Shown: piece after piece, positions 16,271-41,173 of the stretch
Numbering within the stretch: position 1 is the first letter of the stretch
Layout of the letters: each line of letters begins with the position of its first letter
Assembly (NCBI RefSeq): GCF_009914755.1
Contig: NC_060925.1
Strand: one strand, 5' to 3'
Length of the DNA: 64,000 bases
From: the human T2T-CHM13v2.0 reference genome, Homo sapiens
Notes under the pieces: model-generated
The model's input: the letters and a program-made list of their open reading frames with translations, nothing else
What the model was told of the DNA's origin: nothing
Database searches by the model: none
Position numbers and translations under genes: made by a program

Positions 16271-19200
16271 GACCCCTCTCTTCTGCTTTGCTTACTGGCT
16301 GCTGTGACTCTTAGGAGCTCTCCTACTTGTTCGGCGGGTCCCTCCCAGTCTCCTTTGCTGTTTCATCCTTTGCTCTGCCTCTTAATGTTAGCCAGCGTCC
16401 AGGGCTCATTCCTGGGTCCCTTTCTATTCTCTCTACACATGAACCCTGGGGCTCTCTCCCAGTCCCTGGTTGTAAATACCAGCTATAGGCCTATGACTTC
16501 CCAGTCTCAATCTCCAGCCTGGACCACTTCCAAGAACCCCAGACTCATAGTTTCCGGTGGCAACTTGGGTGTCTAAAACACATCTCAAACTCAACCCACC
16601 TTCCCCATTTCTCCATCTGCTCAGCTACATCGTCCTCCCAGGTGGTCCATCGAGGCTCCAGGTGTCAACCTTATCTCCCTCCTACTCTCATAACCATGCC
16701 CCCTCCCATCCAGTCCCTCAGCGCATCTCCACTGTGCACCTCCAAAGCAGTATCTTCAGCCCACCTGTGGCTCTCTCTCTCCACCTGTCCAGCTGGCCTC
16801 TCTCACCTGGACCATGGCGGTGGCCCCGTGCCTGGTCTCCCAGCTCGAACTAGGGTTCCACTCGGCCACCAGATTTACATTATATGGAAATCAGATCCTG
16901 TCCCTACCTTGATTAAACCCCTAAAGTCTTCCCAAAATATTTAAAATAAATTCTACACTCCCGCACGGAGTGATAAAGTGCTCTGTTAGCTGATTTCTAA
17001 CCACCCACGCTTCTCTCCACTCACCCCACCCACATTGCAGGCAACCCTTCTTCCTGTTTCTCAAACCAGACCCGCTCACTCCCACTGGGGGTTTTATACC
17101 AGCCATTGTTCCCTCTGCCCTGAACATGCGTGGCCAACCCCTTCCTGTCTCGTGTCACCCTTCAGCGAGGCCTTCCCGCTAAGCTGGTCCATCTGATCTA
17201 CAATGGCAGCCCAAGAGCTATTTCCCACACCCTCCTTTTCCACTTCTCTGCTTAACACGGGTACACTATAAGGTGTCTTTCTTGCTCAGTTGATGGTTTC
17301 ACCTGCTGTTGCCTGGTTTGTAAGCCCCATAAGAGGAAGACCAGAGATCTTGGTCATTGCTGTACCCTCACCATTCATAGCAGTCCCTGTACCTCTGTAG
17401 GTACTTAAGGGACACCTTTTAAAGGAAGGGTGAGAGGAAGGGCAAGGGAGACAGGGAGGAAAAGGGAGAAGAAAGGAAGGCAGGAAAATGGGACCTCTTT
17501 TCTGAAATCCACATCTTTATATGTGCTGTTTAGTTGGCTGGAAATTCTTGTTACTTATCCTATTGAGAAGTGGCCTATGACCTCTTTCTTTGAATCTAGA
17601 TGGACTCTGTGACTACATGACTAATAAAATATGGCAGAAATGACACCATGCAGTTTCCAAGCCCAGGCCTTAGGAGACAGGCAGCTTCCAGTTCAGTCTT
17701 TTGGAGGGTCAGCTCTGGGGCCCTCAGCCATCACGCATGGAGTCCAACCACCCTGAGACGTCATGCTGGAGACCCACCTGTGGATGCCCCAGTCAAGAGT
17801 CCTGGCTGAGCCCAGCCTCCCAGCCACCCCCACCCAGGGCACCAGACCACGGAGCTTCTGGCCAAGGCTTCACCAACTTCACTTGATGCTGTGAGGAACA
17901 GAACTGCCCATCCAAGCCCTGCCAGAATTTCTAACCCACAAAGCCACGAGTCACAATAAATGCTATGGGACAAAAACAGTCATGCATGTTGCTTTTGTCA
18001 TACATTAGTGGTAGTTCATTGCACGGCAATAGAAAACCAAAATATCTGTCTACTGGGTTCGTCCATTTGGATGCCACAGAGGCACCTGAAACAGAACACG
18101 TTCATTACTTAACTCTGGTTCTTCCTTCCACACTGACCTCCACCCACTGCTCCCAAGGTTGCCCCTCCTCCAGAGTCCTCCTCCATCTCCAACATAGTAT
18201 CACCATCTCCCCAGGAACTCAAGTGTGAAGGCAGGGGTCATGTTTGGCGTCTGTCACCCTTTGCGAGTTGCAACCTGGAGACCCTGGAGGATGTTATGAT
18301 GAGTGAAATAACCTAATCACAAAAGGACTAATACTCCACAAATTCACTTATATGAGGAGTCTAGGAGTCAAATTCCTAGAGACTGAAAGAACGGTGGTTG
18401 TCAGGGGCTGGGGAGAATGGGGAGTTCATATTTAATGGGGGCAGAGTTTCAGTTTTGCCAGACGAGAATAACCTGGAAATGGATGGTGTGATGTTTGCAC
18501 AATGTGAACGTACTTTACTCCACTATACACTTGAAAGTGGGTGCAATGGGAAAGTTTATTTGATGAGTTTTTTACCACAATTAAAAATATAACAAAATAA
18601 GCATGAGTCAGATCCCGTCACTCTCAGTGTAGACCTTTCCATGGTTTTCTGTTGCATTTAGGATTGAGTCTTGGCTCGCAGGCCCTGTGTGGTCTCCCCT
18701 CTGCCCTCTGCTCTGTGCTCCCAGGTCATGTCCAGTGAGCCCTGCCTTGCCTTGCATCCGTCCCTTCCCCACACCTGCAGCTCTGCCCTGATAGTCTCTC
18801 ATCCCAGCCCCATCCACACCCTTCCTTAGAAGAGGCCTTCCCTGACCCATCTCCCACAGCACCCTGCCCTTCCCGGTCACCACAACCACCCTCTGTTGTC
18901 TCCAGTGCCACGGCTCCTGGAAATTCAACTAACATTTCCATGTCCGTCTCTGGAGTGGAGCCCACTCCACCTGGACATGCACATCAGCACCTGCAGCTGG
19001 GGCCTCTGGACTGGCTCCCGATGCTGGAGAAGACAGCTCTTGCTCTCTGCCAGATGCCTTTGGCACCACCTGGGGTCAACCACAAGGTTTCAAAGTGCCA
19101 CCCATGAGCCAGCACGGGTATCCTAAGACTCCACCCTGCGATGATTTCCATCCTCTGGTTCAACCCCCCAGAACCCAACCAGTGCCTGGGGGCATCATGG

Positions 19201-19434
19201 GCCAAGCACAGGGAGGAAGAGACGGAGCCCACCCTTCTCCTTGGACTGGGCCCTGGGTCTGGCTTTCGGGTCCTGACAGACCATGAATTGCCACTTGATT
19301 CTGGTATTTCGGACAGTGCTATCTTTCTTCAAGTGGGTCCAAAAATGCAAGCCAAGTATTTCACCCAGTGGTCAACCAAAAAGGCAACCAGGGAAAGACA
19401 ACTTTTCAGAACTTAGTTTTAAAAAGAAATATTA

Positions 19435-19720
<286 letters not shown>

Positions 19721-21674
19721 ATATATGTATATTAATATTAATCACAGGATATGTACAAAAAGCATATACTTGAGGAAGATTCTAGAACTAGCTCTGACTT
19801 TATAAGAATTTGCATTTTGGAATAAGCACCTCAAAAAAATGCAGCTTACAGTATCTATCTCTCTTGTTAACTCTTTCAATTTTTGACTCACTGCTGTGCC
19901 CCTGACATAGTCCCTGGCATACAGCAGGTGCCTGGCAAATGTCTGTTAGATGGAGAAGATGGTCTCCCTGCAGCCAAACTCTTCTGGGCCTTCCACCTTC
20001 AGAGCCCCTCCTCACTGCCTAGCAAACTGAAGGAACCTGGGTGATCCAAGGCTAGGGTGGATCAGGTTTGCTTGGCAGACACACAGCCATTCTGACTTTA
20101 GAAGGGACTTACTTTCCCAACTTTGTGTTCTTAGGGTGATATCAAAAGCTGCAGACCCCGTATGCACCATCTGAAATTCAGGGGAGGAAGCTCAAAAGCC
20201 TCTGAGCTGCTGGGGCAACAGGGAGCAGGCTTGATAACAGAGGCTAGTAGCACAGAGCTGACTTCACCCAGAGTGATGGGCAGGCACCTCTGTGGACTGG
20301 GGCACTCCCCTCCAGCCACCAGTCACCATCACTGCAGAGACTCATGCGGTGGCAAAGGCTGCTTCCCCCTCCTTCTTACTGACCCCCACCATCCTTCCTT
20401 TATGTGTCTTTAAAAAAATCCCAACAGCACACAATGCTTCTTATTCCTTTTTCTTCTCTCCATCCCTCCATCACTGCCCTAGTTCAAGCTCCTCCCCTTC
20501 CTGCCTGGGCTGTTGCAGGGCTTTCTCTCCCAGTCTTTCTGCTTCTGGCCCTATCTGTCTCCATCCTTGCTACACACAGCTACTGGGAGGATCATTCCAA
20601 AACACAAATCTGAGAGAGTCTTCCCTTGCCCTCAGCATAAAGACTAGACTCCAGCCAGGCCTAGGAAGCCCTGCTCAAGCCAGAGTCCACCTACCTGGGC
20701 CCTCTCTCCTAATTCCCATTCTGCTACTCTGCTTAACACACATGGAATTTATGCCAAACTACTTGGTGCTCTCAAAACATGCCATGGTGTCTTTTGCCTC
20801 TGTGTCTTCACATATTGTGTGTCTCTGCCTGAAATGCTTTTCCCCGCCTTGATAACCTGGTGAACTTCCAGTCATTCCTTGCTGATGCAGACAGATGGGT
20901 GAGTGACTGTACACCTTCCTCTCCCTTGCTACCTTCCATCAGAGAGGCTGGGAAGCAAACCCTCTACTTCCCCAGCCTCCCTTGCAGTGAGGGGTGCCCA
21001 CATGAGAGACATTGTCTGGCACCAGCCCTTCCCCACTGCTTTCTGTCTTGAACCCAGATGTGATGCCTGGTGCAGCTGCAGCCATCTCATGACCATGTCA
21101 CAACAAACACCACACCACCCAAGTGACAAGATGAACAGTGCCTGGATGCCTGATGACATGGTTCAGCTGCCAGGCCAACCCCAAGCAGCCAACCTCCGGA
21201 ATTCTCATGAGATAATTAAACATTGTTAAGACTGAAGACACTGTGAATCAAATTGCCTGTCACTTGCAACTAAAAGCACTCCTGATTGACACTGGGCCTC
21301 ACCTCAAGCACCCACTACTCACTGAAGTCCTTCTGGATCCCTGCTCCTAGTACACCTTGCACAAGCCCATCTCAGCACTTGTCCTGTTCACTATATTAGA
21401 TTTGCTCATTGTCTCCCTCCCCCATTATACTGAGACCTTTTAGAGGAAAGAGACTGAGTCTTTCCACTTTAATCTTTAGTACCTAGCCCAGCCCCTAGCA
21501 CACAGCAAGTCTTTAGTAGGTAGATTTGTAGAATATAGGTCTATTTTCCAGCCTTATATTGTAATTTTATACTTACAGTATTTTTATTACAAGCTGCCTC
21601 CATTCCTTATTTTAAAAAGGCAAGAGAAACCTAGATGTCCATCAATAATGGACTGGATAAAGAAAATGTATTAT

Positions 21675-22690
<1,016 letters not shown>

Positions 22691-22713
22691 AAGAATAACT
22701 TGGTGCAGATTAC

Positions 22714-23661
22714 CAAAGTATTGCAGAGGAACAAGAAGGCTGCAATATTCCTCAGGACTTTTCTCTTGGCGTTGCCCTGTAAGAAACGAGGAAGGTGGAC
22801 TGGGCTTGGGTTCCCTCCCCAGCTGCTCTCCTCGTGCTTCTCCTCCTTGTCACAGCTTTCTCTCAGGCACACATTTCCATTGGCTGCTGGTGGCATGTCC
22901 CTGCCCCAGGGAGCCACGTCTCCGGCCACACCTCCACTCTTGAGGCAGGAGGAAGCAAGGGGCATGGTGTTGCCATTGCAGACTGTGACCATCCGAAGGG
23001 TTTGGATGTCCTCAGAGAGTTTTTTAGGCTCTCGGTGAATGGATTCAAAGATGAAGAGGTTCTGGATGTACTTCTCCACGATCACCACGATGGAGTAGGG
23101 CAGGTTGTACCAGGTGTAGTGGGGGTGGTCCTCGGCACAAAGGATGGCCAAGATTGAGCCCCAGGAGATAAGCCAGGAGCCTGAGGCAGTGCCCACCAAG
23201 AGGTCCGAGTCCAGTTTGCGGGGCGGATTTTTGGACTCATCCAGTGACTTCTCATCTGTCCTGTAAATCCGGATTCCAGCCAGCCCCGCAGCCCCCATAA
23301 GCTTCATCAGGGTGATGACATACAGGTAGAACGTGATGAGTGCTGACTTGCTCTTGGTCTTGGAGCACCCAATATGAATCAGGTACACCACCCACCACCA
23401 CGGCAATGGTGGCGGCCAGCGCGGTCAGGCCCAGGACTGTGCCCACTGTGACCCCATCAGGCTTGAACTGCATCTTCTGGTGCTGATGGCTGTCAACTTT
23501 GCGCCCGATGTTCTTCCATAGGACGTAGAGCACTGTGGAGGCCAGGATCTGATACTCTATGTTGAAGGGGTAGAGGTAGTAGATATAGTAGATCCCGTGG
23601 GAGATGGTGGTGCAGAGAGTTGGGGGCGTGCAGTTACATTGCGGTGTGTGGTCATCTAAAA
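22714..23661 (-). pseudogene. OTOP1: OTOP1-like exon 5 (948 nt; frameshift at about 23390)
   Basis: ctcccctag|TT TTA GAT GAC CAC. OTOP1 peptide is split between ORFs 23252..23683 and 22681..23406; donor TTG|gtaatc at 22714/22713. Confidence 0.93.
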
Positions 23662-24466
23662 CTAGGGGAGACAGGTTGATCACACAGGGGGGCTATTAGC
23701 AGGTGCAAGGGGAAGCAGAAAAGCACAGAAAACTGTTTCCACTGTGGATTCAGGCTTGGGTCTTCCCACTGGATTACAAGCTTTTTCATGTCATGGCTTA
23801 TTATCACGTTTAATATCATGGCTAATTTGATAGCCCTGAGTATCCCCAAAGCATATTCATTACCTAAATCACATTTATTTGGTGAGTTGCCAAAGAGGAT
23901 AGAGAAGATGACTCTATTGTTGTAAAAAATAGATATGTAGATGATAGATAGATAGATGGATACACACACACACAGACAGATGGAAAAAACCTGGAAGGAC
24001 ACAAACTAAAATGTCAACAATTGTTATCTCTGGGTGGAAAAATGACAGATGATTTTTAATCTCTTCTAGATTTTGCTTCCCTGTATTTTCTAAATTTTCT
24101 CTGTGAAGATGATTTACATGTGTGATTTTTTAAGATTATTTTTAAAAAATACTTTCTGGAGAAAATACCCCTTTTAATTAGCAAAAGATATGCCTCTTAA
24201 GACTCCAGTGCTAGCAAGCATGCAGGAGACAGGTGCTCTCCGATATCAGTGCGGGGAAAGTAAACGGGCACCACCTTCTGGAAGAGAAGCTGGCTGTCAT
24301 ATGGAGGGCCCTCTCATCACAGGAAGGCAGATGCTGCAAGTAAATGACGAAACAGGTCACCAAAGCCCTGAAGGCGATGCAGTCTCTGACCCATAATTCC
24401 ATTCTTTCCATTCTACCCTTCTACTCAAAGGGACAAATAAAAAAATGTAATCAAAGAGTCAGGTAA

Positions 24467-27013
<2,547 letters not shown>

Positions 27014-27071
<58 letters not shown>

Positions 27072-27095
27072 CACACACACATACACACATATATA
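27014..27095. repeat. (TA)n(CA)n microsatellite at an Alu tail
   Basis: Directly visible. Confidence 0.95.
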
Positions 27096-28135
27096 GCCTA
27101 CCAGAGAGTGTGGGGGTACAAATTAAATGACATGTGTAAATTTCCAACAACAGTGGCTGGCACTCAGCAAATGCTTAATAAAAATTTACTTTTGTTATTG
27201 TGGTCATTGCTGCTACTAATATTGATACCAAGGAGGACATGAGGCCCAAACACCGAGTGCCTGCTGGTTGGGGGTGGTGACTTCGTTGTCTCCACCCCAC
27301 TGATGACAAAACAGGTTCAAAGTGGCTCTCCAGGACAGCTTGGGTTCACACAGCTGTCACAGACTTGCTGCATGTTAAAGCTGGAAGGGATCTTTGCAAG
27401 TGCATGATTTGGATACCCTCACTTTACAAATGAGAAAAGGGAGGCTCAGAGAGATTAAATGTCTTCTAAAGATCACACAGCTTGTACATGATGGGAACAA
27501 ACCTGAGACACCCAGTTCCCTGCCCCACATTCCCCTCAGCCTGAATGTTCTCATATAGAAGTGACATATTGTAAATGCTAAAGGATTTTAGATGAAAATA
27601 TAAAGATTAACCCAACAGGCTCTCAAATAGGAACAAGGTAGAACAGACATGAGCTAGAATTATAAGCCAACTACAGTTAAATTAAAACTTTAAATGAACC
27701 ACAGCCTATTAACCACAACCTACCATTAGACTTTTATGAATTTTTAAAAGCCATACTTTTACTAGAAAGAACTGGTAGTAGAGGTTTAATTAAAAACACA
27801 AGCAGAGGCAACCATCAATCTTCTGTAGTTGAAAACAAAGACATTTATTTCTGCGGCAAACTGGACCATGAGAAATGGCCATCAGAATGATCACCGTGGG
27901 TCTTACAAGTCCCTGAGTCATGGAAGAAACCTTTAATTATGCTCAGTACACATCACTTATGAGAGATTCAGGTTTTGGAAGATTTTCAACAACAGGGGGC
28001 TGTCTGGCTGATGCTGACTTTGGTGGGCCTGAAGTTCTTTGGAACCTGCACTCCATCTCTGAACACTGTGGACTCTGCAGGTTTCCAAGACATTCCAACA
28101 TGGCAGAGGGGCCACTCACCTCTCTCAGCACTCAC

Positions 28136-28261
28136 CTGTTGTTATGTTCCCAAAGCCCAGAGTGATGAGCCATTCCTTGTGCTCATTGGTGCTTTGACTC
28201 ATTGAGGACGCCGTTGGCCCACAGAAGCAGGTTGGTGAACACCAAGTGGATCACCCCAAAC
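28136..28261 (-). pseudogene. OTOP1: OTOP1-like exon 4 (126 nt; 5-nt deletion gives premature TGA)
   Basis: gtgtttttcag|G TTT GGG GTG ATC CAC ... AAG CAC CAA TGA. The remainder (EHKEWLITLGFGNITT) lies in a shifted frame; donor AG|gtgagt. Not in the supplied ORF track. Confidence 0.92.
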
Positions 28262-30184
28262 CTGAAAAACACAAGGACTCAGTTCTCAAGCAGCCCTGGG
28301 AGAGCCTCAGGCACCATAGGGTGAGACAGACATGTGCACACAAATACACGGCTCCTTCTCAGCCATGATTCTGGCTACATCATGGATGACCCTTGAGAAC
28401 GTTATGCTGTGAGAAATAAGCCAGACACAAGAAGACCAATACTGTATGGTTCAATTCATACGAGGCATCTAGAATATTCAAACTCATAAAGACAGAAAGT
28501 AGAACAGAGTTTGCCAAAAGCCAGAGGAGGAGGAAATAGAGAGTTGTGTAGTGGGCTCAGAGTTTCAGTTTTGCAAGATGAAAAACGTTTGCAGATTGGT
28601 TGTACAACAAGTGAATGTACTTAACATTAATGAACCATACGCTTAAAATGACTAAGATGGTAAATGTTATGTGATTGTCAACCTGAAAAAAAAAGACACT
28701 AGAGAAAATTATCACTAAATATGTTGGATTTACTTGGAAATAGGAATTACAGTCCAGAATGCATGGAATGGCAAGCCACCAGCGCATTCGGTGAGGGAAG
28801 GGTAAGGAGGAGCTGTTATTAGCAAAGAGAGATTTACATAATCCACAGAGAAAAAGAGTTCATCGGTTCTAGAGGCTCAAAGCCAGAGTTGTCATCAGTT
28901 CATTGGTGGAGATGCCAGTGCTGGACAAGTGTTCTTCCAAGAGCATCTTATCTGCTTTACTGCAGTCCTAAAGAATGTCTAGTAATGTCCAACCTCTTCA
29001 AAGCAGGAGATGCATGAAGGGTTTTTAGAAAGTCTTTGGAAACACTTTGTATCTCAGACACGTAGACAGAAGTGCCCTCTCCTTAGCGCCTTCCCAGGCC
29101 TATTTTGCCTGGGTCTGACAAAAGCGATTTCATCCTGATATCTACAGGTTTTTCAGTATTTGCCACAATTTTAAAATAAATGCTCTGTTTTTTAGAACAG
29201 CGCCTAATTGTTATATATACTTTTTTCCATTCGCCAGTCATCTAATGTAGCAAAAGCACATGGTAAGTGTCCAACAGGTATAGAATGATTAATTCATTGA
29301 CTTGCCTGGCCAATAAAATGCCTTAAATTAGAAAGCTAGGATCTCCAACCCACCAACTAAGAGGGATATTTTGAAAATTCATATCTGTCCCAGTCATTCT
29401 TCTGCCTAAAGCCTTCAGTGGCTCCCCACTGCCCTCGAGGTGAAGCCCAAGCCCCTAGGTGGCGGTCAGCCTTGACCAAGAATTTGCTGCACACCTAGCC
29501 CTGTGCCAAGTGCTTTTCATACACATGTGCCTTTAATCTCTACAACGAGCCCATGAAGTAGGTACTGTGATTGTCCTCAGCTTGCAAGTAAGACCCATGA
29601 GGCCCAGAGAAGTTAAGTAATTTGCCTGAAGTCACACAGCTGTGGTCAGAGCCAGAGTCATGCAATCTGACCAGAGTGCAAGCTTACAAGCCCTACACCA
29701 AACAGGGATCCAGCCTGTGCCCACACATCCTCCCGCTACCCCACTGTGAGGAAAGACTGCATGTCCCAAAGACACCCTCTTCCAGTGGCCTCTGACCCAC
29801 TAACCCTGTGCTCCTCCCTCTCTCACAAACGGTTCTGGGACCTTCCCTGGCAGAAATTGACTGTCACTCCAAGCTGCCAAAATGCCCTCCTTTGTGCTCC
29901 CTCATTGCTCTGGGACACTCTGGTCAAAGCACTGAGCCCAGCGTTGTCACTGTTTTGGGGACTGCCTCTCACCTAACTGACACCCCCATGGTGTGTGACA
30001 CAGACTTTACAGCCTTGTATTCCCCATGCTGAGAACAATGTTCGTCCAGTATTTAAAGATGAACTACAAGAAAAATGAATGAACGAATGCAGTTCGTTCT
30101 GGCCTCACGAAAGCTTTCCACATTGTCACTGTATCACTATAAGGCTCTGTCTTCACGGGATTTGGCTCCCCTGGAATGAGCAGC

Positions 30185-30885
30185 CAGTTATCTTTGATCA
30201 GCTTGGGCTGCCATAACAAAGGACCACAGATCATCAACTTCAATAACAGGAATTTCTCTTCTCAGGGTCCTGGGGTTAGAAATCCAAGATCAAGGTATGG
30301 GCAGGGTTGGTTCCTTTTGAGGCCTCTCTCTTTGGCTTGTAGATGGTCAATTTCCTCCAGTGTCTTTACATGGCTGTCTCTCTGTGTGTGTCTGTGTCCT
30401 TCTCTCCTCTTGTTATAAAGACACCAGGGCCAGGCGCGGTGCCTCACGCCTGTAATCCCAATACTTTGGGAGGCCGAGGCAGGTGGATTGCCTGAGGTCA
30501 GGAGTTCGAGACCAGCCTGGCCAACATGGTGAAACCTCATCTCTACTAAAAATACAAAAGTTAGCTGGGCATGGTGGCAGGTGCCTGTAACCCGAGCTAC
30601 TTGGGAGACTGAGGCAGGAGAATTGCTTGAACCCAGGAGACGGAAGTTGCAGTGAGCCGAGATTATGCCATTGCACTGCAGCCTGGGCAACAAGCAAAAT
30701 TCCGTCTCAAAAACATAAAAAATAAAGACACTAGGCATATTGAATTTGGGCCAGCCTAATGATCTTATTTAACCTCAATCTCCTCTAAACGACCCTATCT
30801 CCAAATACAGTCACATGCTCAGGTACTGAGAATGAGGGTTTCGGCATATGAATTTCACAGGGGATATGACTCAGTTCATAACAGC
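30185..30885 (-). mobile_element. MLT1 LTR split by an Alu (about 30428-30727, TSD ataaagacac.agg)
   Basis: gggctgccataacaaa...ccaagatcaaggt...ttataaagacacc / resumes gaccctatctccaaatacagtcaca. Confidence 0.7.
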
Positions 30886-32758
30886 TTTCAAGTGCAAGGC
30901 AGCCCCTCCAAATGAGCCCCTCAGCAAGCTCCCCAGTGATCCCACCATGCCACCATGGAGCTAAACTGTTTCCAGGCTCACTGGGCACGTTCTGTCTGTT
31001 AGCTTCACTGTTTGAGAATGTGTTTGATCTAGAGAAACACTCTAAGGTCATCCAGTGCTGTCTGGTAAGTCAGCTGGGGGTACAAGCTGACGGTCACTTT
31101 GGATAAAAGATGAAGTTTTAAACATGTCATCCCTGGTTTTCTAGAGGTAGAAAACTTTCCAAAGAACCTTCTCAAACTGGAAATCCAAAAATATTTCCAG
31201 CAATGGCAGTATCACCAGAACAAGTTCATGGTCTTCCAGGGTGACTTGTCAGGAAGAAAATAATCATTGTGTCTCCACAGTGACTTTGAGCAAGTCACTT
31301 GTCTTCTCTGAGCTCCAACTTCTTCGTTAGAAAAAAATGAGAGCAGAGCCTGCCATTTGCAACAACATGGGCAAATCTGGAGGACATTGTGCTCAGTGAA
31401 ATGAGGCAGACACAGAAAGAAAAATACTGCATAATCTCACTTATATGTAGTATCTAGAAAAACGTTTTTAATCCAATGCATAAAAACAGATGGTAGAAGC
31501 TGGGCATGGTGATGTGGGCCTGTAGTCCTAGCTACTAGGGAGACTGAGGCGGGAGGATCACTTGAGCTGAATTCAAGGCTGCAGTAATCCGTGATGGCAC
31601 CACTGCACTCTACCCTGGGCAACAGAGCAAGACCCTGTCTCTAAAATTGAATTAAATTAATAAATAAAAACAAAATAACATAAAGAGTAGAATGGTAGTT
31701 GGAGGGGAAAAATTAGAAGATTTTGGTCAAAGGGTACAAAGTTGCAAATACGTAAGATGAATAATTCTAGAGATGTAATGGACAACGTGAAGACTGTAGT
31801 TAATACTATTGTATTGTATACTGGAAATTTGCTAAGAGAATAGATTTTAGGTGCTCTTACCACATCCAAAAAAAGAAAGGCAACTATGTGAGATGACAGA
31901 CATAAATATGCTTGACTGTAGTAATCACTTCACTATGGATAGGAATATCAAATAATCATGTTGTATACCTTAAACATATACAACAAAAAACAAAAAAAAA
32001 TGAGACTGACAATTCAACAATTCAGATCCTGACTCTGATAACATTACCACGGATTTCTGCCAAGGGCGAACACTACCCTGAAAGCCCATCTAACATTCTT
32101 TTCAACCATGAGATTTTTCTGACCCTAAGCTATGTATTTAAATTATATTTATCAAATCCTTCCTTCTGAGCCATACCAAGTTTACCAATGCTGTGGGAAA
32201 AAATCCTTATACATTTCTAAGACTTTAATCCCCAAACGAGAAAACAAAAGCGCTTCCATGACCCAGAGGAGGCATTGCAATGGCACAAGGTTTCTATGTA
32301 AGAAGAATATTAAATTTTTTTAAAAAATAAAATTGATTTTGGCAATGGTTGCATAACTCTATGAACAGACTAAACCGTTGAATTCCACATGTTAAATGGG
32401 TGAATTATATGCCATGTGAATTCTCTCAATAAACCTGTTACATACCCAGAAAATAAAACTCCCTCAAGCTTTTACTGTAGACCCTGGCTTGGCAGAATTT
32501 CCTGACTCTTCATCATTAGAAGTTCTGCCTCATAGGATCCCTGCAAAAATGGCCATGGGGACACAGAGTTTTATTTTGCAATGGAGGCAGCTGAAGAATT
32601 AAGCCTCAAAGATAGACTTCAGTTCACCTCAGTTCATTGCAGTTCACAGCTGTGCACACTGTCTCCACTTGCCACATGTCTTGATGTTACAAGTTTCTAC
32701 ACAACCTGGGATACACTTCACAGGAATGAGACAACATGAATAAACATCAGTGGTTTAC

Positions 32759-32895
32759 CTGCAACAAAGTATGCACTGAATGGGTGACAGGGAAAACTCC
32801 TTCAGTGGCTGATAAACATTCTGAAAATCCAATGAAGTATCTAATTTTAAGGCATCCCAGGATGATGGTAATGACTGCAAACAATGTGATACTAC
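32759..32895 (-). pseudogene. OTOP1: OTOP1-like exon 2 (137 nt, no internal lesion)
   Basis: cccacatttag|GT AGT ATC ACA TTG ... TTG CAG|gtaaac; peptide (G)SITLFAVITIILGCLKIRYFIGFSECLSATEGVFPVTHSVHTLLQ. Confidence 0.93.
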
Positions 32896-32984
32896 CTAAA
32901 TGTGGGATAAAGGGGGAAGTGGAAACACACACATTCCATTAATATACATTGATGTCATTTCAAAATAAATTATATTACATATTA

Positions 32985-39576
<6,592 letters not shown>

Positions 39577-39627
39577 CTATAACAGCCACACATGTGCCCA
39601 AATGAAACAGATTTTGATTTATATAAA

Positions 39628-39743
39628 CACATATATATGTATAAATATATATATACAAGTATATATATACACATATACATAGATAAGTATATATACACAT
39701 ATACATATATATTTATGCATGTATAAATATATATACATATATA
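39628..39743. repeat. Degenerate (TA)n low-complexity tract
   Basis: Directly visible. Confidence 0.9.
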
Positions 39744-40267
39744 ATTTTGCAATTACTTAACTTACCTTTGCCTCAGTTTCCCCATCTCTAAGATGTAATG
39801 ACAGTAATAACACTTATCTCATAGGGGTGCTGAGGAGATTAAGTGAGTCTTTACATGGAAGTCACCTAGAACAGTGTTCCTTACCTAGAAAGTTCTATAA
39901 GCGGGATGTTATTATCATCACTCAATCGCCAAGAAAATGTTGATGCATTAGAACCAATTAGAAAGTTTACCAGCTACAATACTTGAGAATAATCCAAAGA
40001 CTACATAGGGTACCCATCTAGTGATGGCAGAGGGAACCCCCTCCTCTTTGTTAGGCACCCAAATCCCTCCTAGGAGTCTAGAATCTTGAACCCCCCTCTT
40101 AGAGGCGGAAAGTCCCACAGAGTTAGTCTGCATTCTATCCCATGCAAGAATGCTTTCCAATGCATCATGACCGGAAGCCATCTGATCTCTACTTGGACAA
40201 GCCCAGGGCTGGGAGGCTCAACATCTCTCAAAGCGCACCCTTCCATCACCAGCTGGTACTTACTTTG

Positions 40268-41173
<906 letters not shown>

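Noticed and set aside
29751-29775. gaaagactgcatgtcccaaaga, superficially like a collapsed OTOP1 exon 3
   Set aside because: Too short, flanks do not match and there are no suitable splice sites; likely chance.
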